Of a DNA stretch of 64,000 nucleotides, positions 47,849 through 60,848 are shown piece by piece (position 1 is the stretch's first letter; every line of letters starts with the position of its first letter). Made by a program: the position numbers and the translations under genes. The DNA comes from Hydrolagus colliei (lineage: Eukaryota). The stretch is from the NCBI GenBank assembly GCA_035084275.1, contig CM068745.1, positions 83,576,001 to 83,640,000 of the forward strand. The letters run 5' to 3'. The notes beneath the pieces were generated by a model that saw only the letters and a list, made by a program, of their open reading frames with translations, searched no databases and was not told where the DNA came from.

Positions 47849-50359
47849 GTAGGACTTTTAATTCACCACAGTCGTTCTCCGTGTGAAATGTTTGCATGCA
47901 TTGGGAATATTGTGTTTCGGTTTGATGGATTCTCCCAACCTTCAAAAAGAATTGAAGTGCCTTAAGGAGTGGTCAGGGAGGATGGTTAAAGCCACAACAG
48001 TAGATACATTAAAAAAAACTCGAACACTGTGATGGTAGGATGGCTATCCTGGAGGAATGAAATCAGATGGGCTGGAAAGGTCCTCTTCATTGAACCAGTA
48101 CTGTATTGTCAAAAGCCAAATAGGATGCTGTTTTTATTCACAAGTGGCAGCAGGGTAATATAATAATATAATAATAATCCTTGCATTTGATATAGCGCCT
48201 TTATCACATTGTTGGGATGTTTCAAAACGCTTCACGGAATATATCGTAAAGGTAAATTGAATGTATATTTTGAGGGTATCCTGCTCAGGGATACCCTCAA
48301 AAGATCACAGGCATAAAAGCAATTGGTGGGTTGAGTAGCGAGAGAATGAACATTGGCAAAGAAGCAGAGAGGCTTTAGGAGTTGTGTATAGGATACAACT
48401 CACAGCATTATATTACATGGTTCTTGTGGAGAAAATGGGGGCAAATGGACCATTTCTGTGCTGTGATAATAATAAGCCTCGTCACTTCTTCGAGACAGCT
48501 GCACACAGCTGTATCCCACAGATAGCCGTAACATATCATAATAATATGATAATAATAACAGTAAACCTTGCAGTTGAGCTAGCTCTTTGTCACGTCATCG
48601 AGACATCTCAAAATGTTCCACGGAATCTAATCGTAAATTGGATTGATTGTGTAATTTGTGGGCAGCCAATATAATTGTAACAGCTGCAATGGCATTGACT
48701 GGCCAGCACAGCTTTACCTCCAGCTTTTGCTTGTTTTTTTCCAAATCAGCAATATTAAGCCAGAAATCTTAATATTTCCACATGGATATCTGTCTGTCTG
48801 TCAGTCTGTCTGTATATATATATATATATATACACTTAAAAAGACATCCGTAAGAAAACAGTAATGCAAGTTTCTTGCACTTGCGGTCACAGACTTGCTG
48901 TGTGACATCTCCGTTCAGCATTTGCCACAACTGACCCGCCAGCTAAGCCAGGCTGCACGATGCAATGAACGGACATCACTTTATCGTGCTGTGGAGTGCT
49001 AGCCGCATCAATGATTAATTTGGTTTCCTCCACTCTTTGCCCTTGTGTGTCACTGTGAACTGCTCGCTGTTGCTTGGGTATGCTTGGTGTACGCGACTAA
49101 GTACTTCTCTGGTAAAAGGAGCTGCAGTTCTGAAGACTGTAGGGTAGAGTAAGGCACAGGCAACTAAACCTGCAGCAATTTGAGGCTGCTCTGGTGTGGC
49201 AATTTCTGTGGTTTGGTTGCTCTTAAAGGTGACACCGATTGTGGGAATGAAGGGCTTTCTTTCACACCTGAAGACCTTTCCTCTTCGGCTTTGCCTTCAG
49301 CCAGCGCATTGTTGTTGCCATATCTTCAACATAGAACATGTGTGATACTGTTTACACACACATAACTGTCTCTCCGTATCATTCATTGTGGATGATGGAT
49401 GTTATCTCAGAATATCTGTGCTGGGTTCCTCTGTACAACCCAAATCACTGTTTAATGATCTCGTAATGGAACAAAATGACTGTTAGAATAATTAAAAATG
49501 ATTCCCCCCTCCCTTGTGCTGGCCAACAATCCTCCAGTTTAAAAATGAGTCATTCACTTCACGTGTGATCAAACAGAAGTCTTCCTGAGCCTATAGTTTC
49601 CTAAATAGGGGGCAAAGTCTTCTGTTTGATTTACTGAGCTGAGACTGGGTCACATCGTGATTTATTGATTATGTGATTTGAATTATGTCACAGTGTAATC
49701 GAGGGACAGTGACAGAGGAGGCAATGCTGTTATGGTGATTCACAGACCATGTTGCATTGTTGATTACTGAGCTAGAAATCTTACATTATATATTTTTAAA
49801 TCTCTTGTATTTGATACAGCACTTTAATGAAACGTTAACTTTTTTTTTAAATGTGGAAGTTGAAGCGCAGGAAAGATGAGATTGGGTCACATTGTGATTT
49901 ATCAAATGCAAGAGGCTTTTAAATATATAATTCAGTATTCACTTTTTTTTAACAAGAAATAGCAAACACCAGTGTTGTGTCAGGGCCAGTGTAACTTTAT
50001 ATTGAATACACTGAACACTGCATCGTTTTTTTAAAATAAAAACTTAAAAGGACATTTTATAAAAATGGTCTGATGAATGTTTAGTTTTCTTACAGAATGT
50101 GTTGAAAACACAGATGGGAGTAATAAATTACCCAGATAATAAGTTAATACTCTACTAATGCCGGGCAGTACTGTCATTCCTTGCCATCAATCTGGTACAA
50201 GATCTTAAATGTCATAAGGCTAACAGGATGGAGAATTCTTGAGTGACTTTTCTTTAAAACATAATAATTAGCCTTGTTTTCCTCTGACTGTTGGTTTTAA
50301 GAGATTGCAGGGACACAGTCATTGTGCTGTTGATCCCAGTCATGTATCTGTTGTGGAAT

Positions 50360-51160
<801 letters not shown>

Positions 51161-51384
51161 TGAGCTATATAGGCTAGTTTTGTAAGTATTGTGGGAATAG
51201 GTAGAAAGAGTCAACTTGGGGATGTCTATTTGTGTGTGTGTGTGTGTGTACCAATAGATGTTTGTCTGGGTGTTTGCATGAATGTGCGTGTTTGGATGGG
51301 CACATAGATGAAGACAAATCCAGTTGGGGGAGCTTTGCATTGTTCTGAGGTGCCAATCTTCAGATGAGACATTCAACTGACAAG

Positions 51385-51655
51385 AACAACAAAATGAAAC
51401 TTGTATAGCGACTTTCACGTCAGAAGGACTTCCCAAGGCGCTGGACGGTCAGTGTTTTGGGACATGGGGGACGCGGGGAGGGGAGGGGAGGGGAGGGAAG
51501 TGAGGGATTAGGAGTTTGCCGATGGGTCCATCGAAGAGGAGAGTCTTGAGGTGAGACTTGAAGGAGGCCAGGGAAGAGGGCGAGCGAGGTGGAGGGACTG
51601 TGGGATGGAGTTCCAGAGGTTGGGGGCAGAATGGCTAAAGGCTCGCCGTCGTAGG
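51385..51655 (-). mobile_element. L2 3' end fragment
   Basis: Tail CAACAA...TATAGCGAC...CCCAAGGCGCT and TGGAGTTCCAGAG (WNS motif) on the minus strand. Confidence 0.65.
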
Positions 51656-51999
51656 ACTATCCATTTAGACAGGATAGCCTCCCACCTGCCTGTTCAAGCG
51701 GATGCTAAAAATCCCACAACACGATTCAAAAGGAGGACTATTCTCCTTGTGTCCTGGACCAACGATAGATATTCCAGCTCAAACCATGAAGACTTGACGG
51801 AAAGATTTTTCCAATGGGTTTGGTAATTGCTTACGGTTGCAGTAATTTGCCAACAACTTCACCCCCACTACGCACATCCCATTCCCCCCCCTCCACCCCC
51901 GCCATGAATTTGGCAAAAATTCAGTTTGCGGTTCTTTCAGAGGCTTCAGCTCTTTAGAGGAAGGACCTTGGTTTAACAATGTGTCATTTCTATTCGAAG

Positions 52000-52881
52000 G
52001 TCAGCTACGCTTCTTCGAGCCGGCTGCTGAGCAACAAGAATCAGTACAAGTCTTTCCTTCGTACGATCCCCAACGATGAACAGCAGGCCACCGCCATGGC
52101 CGACATCATCCAGCATTTCCAATGGAACTGGGTGGGAACCCTCGCAGCCGACGATGACTACGGCCGCCCGGGGATCGAGAAGTTTCGAGAGGAGGCGGAA
52201 GAGAGAGACATCTGCATAGACTTCAGCGAGCTGATCTCTCAGTACTACACACAAGAGGAGCTGCAGCACGTGGCGGAGGTCATCCAGAATTCCACGGCCA
52301 AGGTCATCGTGGTGTTCTCAAGCGGCCCCGACTTGGAGCCCATTATACAGGAGATTGTGCGCAGAAACATCACCGGGAGGATCTGGCTGGCCAGCGAGGC
52401 CTGGGCCAGCTCCTCGCTGATAGCCAAGCCCGAGTACTTCCACGTGGTGGGAGGGACCATTGGATTTGCCCTGAGAGCGGGACATATCCCGGGATTCTAC
52501 CATTTTCTGAAGCGGGTGCATCCCAGCAGGTCCTCGGACAACGGGTTTGTGAAGGAGTTCTGGGAAGAGACGTTCAAATGTTACCTGACTGAAAAGTCTC
52601 TGACCCAACTCAAGCAGTCCAAAACACCCGGCCTCGAGGGCATCGCCGTGGTGGGCAATATCACCAGTTCAAAGCTTCTGCCTCCGTGCACGGGGGATGA
52701 GGATATCATGAGTGTCGAGACTCCTTACCTGGATTATACTCACCACCGTATCTCATACAACGTCTACATGGCAGTGTATTCCATCGCACATGCCCTGCAA
52801 GACATCTACACCTGCACACCTGGGAAGGGCATCTTTGAAAATGGATCATGTGCTGACATAAAGAAAGTCGAGGCTTGGCAG
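52000..52881 (+). CDS. CASR: CASR coding exon 3 (mammalian exon 4)
   Basis: 882 nt; [13 protein letters not shown]...ADDDYGRPG...WLASEAWAS...KKVEAWQ|GTAATT. Confidence 0.98.
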
Positions 52882-53282
52882 GTAATTCATTGCAAGCGTC
52901 TTTGTATGTCCAAGCAACCAGGAAACGAACCCTTATTCCCCAGAGCTGCGTAGCATCATACTTTGTTAGTTAAATGGCCCATTGAGCTTTTACCTCTGGT
53001 AGGAGGGTTGGCCCTGTCCATCATAAACTGATGGTATGGAAATCTTGTGGTTGTAATCGCGAAACAATCTCATCCTTTTCCCAGTGGATCATTGAACAAC
53101 AACAAACGACGTTTATAGAACGCCTTTCACATCGGGAGGACGTCCCAAGTTGCTGGCTGAACAGTCAGGTCGGGACCCAAACAAGGGAGAGCGGTAGGGT
53201 AGGTGGGGAGTGGCGGGAGAGAGTTAGGAGGGGAGAGAGGGAGTTGGGAGGACAGCAGAAGGCATGGTTTAAGAGGAGGGTC

Positions 53283-53529
53283 NNNNNNNNNNNNNNNNNN
53301 NNNNNNNNNNNNNNNNNNNNNNNNNNNNNNNNNNNNNNNNNNNNNNNNNNNNNNNNNNNNNNNNNNNNNNNNNNNNNNNNNNNNNNNNNNNNNNNNNNNN
53401 NNNNNNNNNNNNNNNNNNNNNNNNNNNNNNNNNNNNNNNNNNNNNNNNNNNNNNNNNNNNNNNNNNNNNNNNNNNNNNNNNNNNNNNNNNNNNNNNNNNN
53501 NNNNNNNNNNNNNNNNNNNNNNNNNNNNN
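53283..53529. other. Assembly gap (247 N) within a CASR intron, next to an L2 3' end
   Basis: Run of N. No CASR coding exon is missing from the model. Confidence 0.99.
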
Positions 53530-55114
53530 TGATATATATTTCAGGGCAGAAGGGAGTAATTTGCCTCAGCCGTGCTAGTGTGTGCTGTGCTAGTTTCTCA
53601 CCAACTCTCTTTCCCGAGGGAGTTGCCGAGTCTTAGTTCATCTCCTTGCCCTATCCCCATGTGATTTGAACTCTCTCTTCCGCAATTGTTTTATCTAATT
53701 TATTTTTAACGGAGGCGACTGCCTGAGTTCCAATAGCCGCAGTAGATATCTACCCATAATCTGGCAGACATGGGATTTGCCATGTACAGTACTTTCTTAA
53801 AGTCAAGTTAACAAATAACCCCTATGTTAACTTCATCCTCCATTTCACTGATAGCAAGATTTCCATTAAATCAGTCATGCCTGACTTATGTTTCATCAGC
53901 TCGTGTAAGCTGGGAATGTTAGTGTTGGCTTTCAAATGTCCTTCAATTACTTATTTTACAGTAGACTGTGCAGTGAAAATTCACAACATTTCATAACCCA
54001 CTCTTTGTGATAGGAATGCATTACAAAACGCAGTAAATTTCTTACCATCCCCTAGTTATATCGCTGACATTAACTGACCCGTCAATCAGCGCTGTCTCTG
54101 GACTGCTACTGAGGTAAATGGCAGATCGATCTATCGAGGCAGATTTTCATTAACAAATATATATATCTACAGGCGAGTGACTTTATGTAGTTGGTTGGTT
54201 TTCTTTGTTTCCATTCAAGTACATCTCCCTGTGGGGGAATGTGTGGGGCAAGACCCAATGGAGCCCTAAAGAAAGGGAAAGGTCAGTGTCGGAAACATCC
54301 GAGAGTTCAGACTGGAGATATTTAAAGGGCTCGTGTCAAGTCGCACCTGAAGTACTGAACTGTGTGTCTTTCTGGGTTGTCATTGAGACATTATTGGGCC
54401 ATTCAATCCATTGGTGGGAGGAGTGGAACTCGCAGTTTGGTTTTTGGCACTTTGTAAGCGTGGTGATGGGTTTCCGCATGTGTCAGACACCTCCCCCCCC
54501 CCCCCCCCCCACCCCCCCACCACTGACATCCAACAAAGGACCACTGAGGCACAGTGGAGAGATAGCAATCAGATGATTCCCCAGTATTGGATGCTAAATT
54601 ATATACCAACTCAGCGAGGCAAGCGGTCACAGCTGCAGGGTTTGAAGAGAAGATAAATAAATGCTTGCTTTGTCTGAGATGGTACCACATCATCCACATT
54701 GGAAAGCTGATCTCTTTTGAGAACATTGATCAGTCGAAGCACAAGAAAAATCAACAATTTCCATTTACAGGCAGGATGACCCTGTAATAATGTGTCTCTC
54801 CTCCATTGAATACATGTTTCCAGCGCCTCGGGATGCCCTCCTAACATGACAGGCTCTCTACAAGTGTCATTGTGTTGTTGTTGTTGCTGTTGATGTATAC
54901 CACAGATTTCCTGTGAGTTACCATTTTTGGCTTCTATCGTGCACTGGCTGACTTTTCTATGCCTGGTCACAGCATACAGAGAAAGGCAACTGGTCAGATG
55001 CAAAAAATGATCTTATGTGTACTTCTAGCACAATCTTCTAACCTGTTGGAGACATGCACAAGTGGCTTCTGTGTGGGAAGCCGGAGCATTCAATGGCAAC
55101 CTGACAGCCCAGAA

Positions 55115-55600
55115 GTGAACATAAGAACATATGAATTAGGAGCAGGAGTAGGCCATTCTGCCCTTCGAGCCTGCTCCGCCATTCACTAAGATCATGGCTG
55201 ATCTTCTCACCTAACTCTGATTACCTGCCCTATCCCCATATCCCCTAATCCCTCTATTTTTCAAAAATGTATCAGTCTCAGCCTTGAAAACGTTCAAGGG
55301 CTGAGCATCTACAGCCTTCTGGGGGAGTGAATTCCATAAATTCACTACCCTCTGAGTGAAGAAATGTTTCCTCAACTCTGTTCTAAAAGGCTGACCCTTA
55401 ATTTTAAGACTGTGACCCCTGGTTATAGATTCTCCTACCAGGGGAAACAGTCCCTCAGTGTCTACTTTATCCAGCCCTTTCAGAATTTTATATGTTTCAA
55501 TAAGATCCCCCACTAATTCTTCTGTACTCTAGAGAATACAGCCCTAGTTTATTCAACCTATCCTCATAGGTCTGTCCCCTCATCCCAGGAACTAACCTAG
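55115..55600 (-). mobile_element. CR1-type LINE 3' end, well preserved
   Basis: GDLIETYKILKG...TRGHSLK...FFTQRVVNLWNSLP, followed by an (TTCTTATG)-type tail. Confidence 0.9.
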
Positions 55601-55804
55601 TGAAGTGGGTTCATTGGCCATTTATTTCTGTTGTTAGCGGAGAGTTCAATTTCATGTACTCAAGGTGCTGTGGAGGTGGGGAGGGGGAGAAGGGGCTGGT
55701 GGGTGGGAGTGATCTGCTTGTATGTAGAATCTTTCACATCCCAAAGAAAATCCTTAAAGAAAAGGGAAATAATTTAACCTGAAGCAAATGCCTTTATATA
55801 GGCC

Positions 55805-55947
55805 AAACACAAAATACTGCAGATGCTGGCAATCTAAAACAAAAACAGAGAGAGAGAGCTGGGAAAACACAGCAGGTCAGGCAGCAACTATGGAGAAAGG
55901 AAAAAGTGAGCCAAGGTTTCGGGTCCACGACCCTTCGTCAGAACTGG
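55805..55947 (-). mobile_element. Penelope-type terminal repeat with degenerate hammerhead motif
   Basis: Minus strand reads CUGACGA-A-GGGUC-GUG-GACCC-GAAA-CC-UU. Confidence 0.68.
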
Positions 55948-56052
55948 ACCTTTACGTAGGTAATTGGTCTCGTGAGGGAGATAAAAAAATGTGAGGGGGA
56001 TTAAAAAATGCATGATTTATTACAGTGAGTTGCTTGCTCCTCTCTGCTTTAG

Positions 56053-56283
56053 GTCCTGAAACACCTCAAGCACTTGAAGTTTACAAACAGCATGGGCGAG
56101 CATGTCGATTTCGACGACCAGGGCGATCTCAAAGGAAATTACACCATCATCAACTGGCAGCTGTCTTCCGAAGATCAAGATGTCGTCTTTCAAGAGGTTG
56201 GGAACTACAATGCCTACGCTAAACCAGGGGAGAGACTCTACATCAATGAAAGCAAGGTGCTGTGGAGCGGATTCTCCAAAGTG
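56053..56283 (+). CDS. CASR: CASR coding exon 4 (mammalian exon 5)
   Basis: 231 nt; [16 protein letters not shown]...GNYTIINWQ...LWSGFSKV|GTATGA. Confidence 0.98.
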
Positions 56284-57139
56284 GTATGAGATTGACTTCT
56301 GTTCCATTCACGTTCATTCGCAATCAGTGTATCATTTACGGATTTTTGAAAGTTTTGCCCTTCACAATGCATGTTTAGAAGTAGCTTTATGATAAGGAAG
56401 GGGGTGGGGGGGGGAGTCTGAGCTGCATGGGAAACAGGAGTTGGGGGCAGATCGTAGGAGCGATGGTCAAAGAAATAGATCTTTAGAAGGGTTTGGAAAG
56501 CAAAGGAGGAACTTTGGAAGCGTTACCGACAGAGATGGCAAAGTGGCTGAAAGCTCGTCCACTGAGGTTCAGACAGAGGTGAGTTGAGTGGTACGAAACA
56601 ATATTCGAGATGAGGAAGCGCAGGTGGGAGACAGGGCAGCGTTGGGTTGAAGACGGTTAAGGCTTATTTAAGTCTTGAGATCTAATGGTTTATTAGGTCG
56701 CAACAATGGCCCTGGATTAAGTCGCTACACATGTAAACATCTGGAAAACAAAAGTCTTCCTGGTAACAATTCCACCAGTCCAGGTGTGAGAATAAGTTGC
56801 TGGGAAAGCTCACTTGGTGGAAAGCAAGCCATTTAAGATTCAGTTTCATGGTAGTGACATTTCCCCCACACTATTTTTTGTCTGTGAATAAATCTCTCAT
56901 CCGCACACGAACGGTGGAGCACAGATATTAATTCATACATGCAACAGTCTCCTGATTTGTCTACCTAACACAATGTTATGTCTGTGAGTCAGCCTGGCTA
57001 GGTGACAAATAATAATAATAATCCTTGCATTGATATAGCAGCTTTTCACATCTTATCGACGTCTCAAAGCGCTTCACAGAATACACTGTAAAGTGAAGTG
57101 ACTATATTCGTGGGCGAAACATTTTTGTGGGACAACACT

Positions 57140-57450
57140 TTTGCCAAGAAGTTGTGGGTTCAAGCCCCACGTCGGGACTGGGAATCAGAGAGTCCAAGCT
57201 AACACACCGATGCACTGCTGGGGGGTGGGGGTGGGGGTTGCACACTAAACACTAAAGATCCCATGGCACTATTCGAAAAGTGAAGGGAGTTTCTCCCAGT
57301 GTCCTAGTTAAAAAATCTTCCAAATAAAATTGTTCCCTCACTATTGCTGCGCGTAAACTGGCTGCAACGTTTTGCCCAGGGAATTCACAGTCAATGTACT
57401 TTACAGTATATCCAGTGAAGCACTTTGCGACGTTTCGATGTTATGCTGAG
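57140..57450 (+). mobile_element. Older Deu-family SINE (AmnSINE1/SacSINE-like)
   Basis: GGTTCAAGCCCCAC head and AAAGATCCCATGGCACTATTCGAAAAG segment. Related pieces at about 3245-3400, 20950-21060 and 37250-37520. Confidence 0.55.
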
Positions 57451-58436
57451 GTGCATAACCTTAACAATCCCACTAGTCCAGGTGTGAGAATAAGTTGCTG
57501 GAAAGCTCACTTGGTGGAAAGCAAACCATTTAAGATTCAGTTTCAATTCAAAAAAGATTCGAATGCAAGGCTTATTATTTTTTGATTTTGTTTGAAAGCC
57601 CAATTTTCTCTATTTTTTTCCTCTCTTTTGAGGATACAGAGGTTTGCTCGGGTACCGTTTCACAGGACCCAGCCACCCACCAGTACATTACCAGAGTAAC
57701 CAGTTATCAAGTGGGAGCCTAGGAGGCTACTCAACCATGGGAATTATCACAACGGAACCTAATGCTGGTCTCAGACAACAGCAACACATACAAGCAACAC
57801 ATACATTTATTTCCCAGTGAGGGGGTCAATGGATAGCAATTAGGAGAGAAAATATTGGCTGAGTTTTGTCTTGGAAACCCCAAACCCTTAAACACTAAGG
57901 CATTATTGTCTCTCATCAGCAGCTCACACAGCGCACAACTTCCACCAGACCACGAGGGAGGTTTGTTAATCTTTTTTTTTACCAACTGGGAAGTACGATA
58001 GAATAACAATCATGTTTCCCCCCCCCCACCCACACACCAATGATTCAATTATTACATCTTCTGTCCGTTGGATCCAGATCCCTGCAGACCATCAATGTTC
58101 TGGGTTCAATCCCTAGCCTGTGCTGAGTTCGCTGGTTGTAGTAGCAATAGAAACGGAAGATGCCATAATTAGTCTCAGTGCCTTCGTTCCAGCGGACCGC
58201 GTACAATTACTGAGAAAATGTCAAGGCCAGTGTACTTGTATTTTGTGTTAGTGTTAGTGTAAGGACAGCAGTTACATTTGCCACGGTAACAACAAGGTGG
58301 AGATGGCCATTGCGAATGCCATTTGCGATTAGGTTTCTTTGGCTGGTGAATATCGTTATAGTTCGTGTGCGTGACGAGATCGGTCCCCGGCATCCAGTTC
58401 TTTAACAGACATAACTGATTCAATTTATGCTCCTAG

Positions 58437-58560
58437 GTGCCTTTCTCTAACTGCACACACGATTGCGTTCCTGGCACCAGGAAGGGAATCATTGAGGGGG
58501 AACCCACCTGTTGCTTTGAATGCGTACCGTGCGCTGAAGGAGAATACAGTGATGAAAATG
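58437..58560 (+). CDS. CASR: CASR coding exon 5 (mammalian exon 6), cysteine-rich domain
   Basis: 124 nt; [41 protein letters not shown]; G|GTAAG. Not in the supplied ORF track. Confidence 0.97.
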
Positions 58561-59249
58561 GTAAGAAGCGATTGAAAATCACCTTGTGTTGTGCCTGTAA
58601 TTGAGAACGCTGCTCAAACCATACAGAGCACAGGAGTCAGCGCCTTGTTGACTGCTCATCATGTTTCTATCAGGTGAAACCCCATACCCTACCACCAATA
58701 ATGGGAGTATTCAAGAATCCACTTTGCTAATTTACTTCTCTGTATCAAATTTCAGAATAATCAGTAAGAGTGTGAAAGTAAATCTCCTTTTAATATTGTA
58801 ATCCCAGTTCCTATCTGTGTGGGAAACAGCCCGGCACCATCCTGTCTATTTCAGATGTTTCTTCCGATGAAGAAACGTGTGGGCTCCACACTTCTCTGTA
58901 ACGGCTGACAGTAATTCTTTCCGATCAGCGTTTCCATGTGTTTTCAGCTCAATTCACTCGTTATATTGTCTCGAATGATTTCTGCTCTCGGGTGTTAAAC
59001 ATTGAAATATAAAATAACATATTAACTCAGCCATTGGCAAATGGAAGCTGCAATCAGAGGTACTTTGAGACTTAAACCTTTCGTGACCGTTTTACTTGGA
59101 AGTTAGATAGCTTTCTAATAGATAGTTCATACCAGTTGTCCATCTCAATATATAAACCTTGATCACTACTGATGCTGTTATTATTAGATTATTTTGGAAA
59201 GCTTATTGGATCCCAAGAGAAAAATATATTGTTTCCTTTCTCCTTTCAG

Positions 59250-60604
59250 ACGCAAGTGCATGCACCAAGTGTCGCAATGATTTCTGGTCCAATGAGAACC
59301 ACACCTACTGCATAGCCAAGGAGATCGAATACCTGTCCTGGACTGAACCCTTTGGAATTGCTCTGACAATATTTGCCGTGCTTGGAACCGTGATGACCTT
59401 CTTTGTGTTGGGGGTATTCATCAAGTTCCGAAACACACCCATCGTGAAGGCTACCAACAGAGAGCTCTCTTACCTCCTCCTCTTCTCCCTCATCTGCTGC
59501 TTCTCCAGCTCGCTGATCTTCATCGGGGAGCCCAAGGACTGGACCTGCAGGTTGCGCCAGCCTGCCTTTGGAATCAGCTTCGTCTTGTGCATTTCTTGCA
59601 TCCTGGTGAAGACCAACCGTGTGTTGCTAGTCTTTGAGGCCAAGATCCCGACCAGTCTCCATCGGAAGTGGGTGGGCCTCAACTTGCAATTCCTGCTGGT
59701 GTTTCTCTGCACGCTGGTTCAAATTGTTACCTGCGTCATCTGGCTGTACACAGCACCACCTTCAAGCTACAGGAATCATGAACTGGAGGATGAAATCATT
59801 TTTATTACGTGCGACGAGGGTTCCCTAATGGCTCTCGGTTTTCTCATCGGCTACACCTGCCTCCTGGCTGCCATTTGCTTCTTTTTCGCCTTTAAGTCTC
59901 GCAAACTCCCCGAGAACTTCAACGAGGCCAAATTCATCACCTTCAGCATGTTGATATTTTTCATTGTCTGGATCTCGTTCATTCCGGCTTACGTCAGCAC
60001 GTACGGGAAGTTTGTGTCGGCCGTGGAAGTCATTGCCATACTGGCGTCGAGCTTTGGGTTGCTGGGATGCATCTATTTCAACAAATGCTACATCATCTTG
60101 TTCAAGCCCTCGAGGAACACCATCGAAGAGGTGAGGTGCAGCACCGCGGCCCACGCTTTCAAAGTGGCGGCCAGGGCCACTTTGCGGCGTACCACGATGT
60201 CTCGTAAGAGGTCCGACAGCGTCGGCGGCTCGACCGAGTCCTCGCCGTCCTCTTCAGTCAGCAGCAAAATCGCCCACGACGAACCGATAGCCGTGGAAAT
60301 GCAGACATGCAGCAAACAGAAGGTCAGCTTCGGCAGCGGCACCGTCACCCTGTCCCTGAGTTTCGAGGAAACGGGGAGGTACGCATCGGTCAACAGGAAC
60401 ACCCGGAGGAGGAACTCGATGGAAGGCAAGAAGAGCGACGAGATTGTCATCAAGCACCACGCTCTCATCCCTCGTCAAACCCGCGAGACCGGAATCGACG
60501 CCTGCTGCAAGATGAAGGGGAACAACGGGTCGGAGAATCTTGAGTCGCTGGACGGTAGCAAAGAATATTCGGAATTACTGAAGAAATGTCCTCCAAACGT
60601 TTAA
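59250..60604 (+). CDS. CASR: CASR coding exon 6 (mammalian exon 7), 7TM domain and C-tail
   Basis: TTTCAG|AC; class C GPCR motifs ([33 protein letters not shown]); stop TAA at 60602-60604. Spliced CDS is 3096 nt. Confidence 0.98.
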
Positions 60605-60842
60605 CAAATTCCGTAAAATGTGGTCAGTGGGCATCAATTCAGATGATGGCCAACGATGTCTTAACAGTGGTGGACCATCCGACCTCAAGTTTCTTTGGCT
60701 TTATTTGTGGAAAAAGCACAAATTCATAGGTTTTCCCAGGCACACCGTATTAATATTATTAATATCCCCCCCATAAAAAAAATATTAACCTCATTGTACA
60801 GCAAAATGAAACTCGTACACGCATCGCTAAATTCACTAGAAC

Positions 60843-60848
60843 AATAAA
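60843..60848 (+). terminator. Candidate proximal CASR polyadenylation signal
   Basis: AATAAA about 240 nt after the stop codon. Confidence 0.4.

Noticed and set aside
58864-58880. CCGATGAAGAAACG as another hammerhead
   Set aside because: The core is altered, helix II is absent, and the repeat context is missing.
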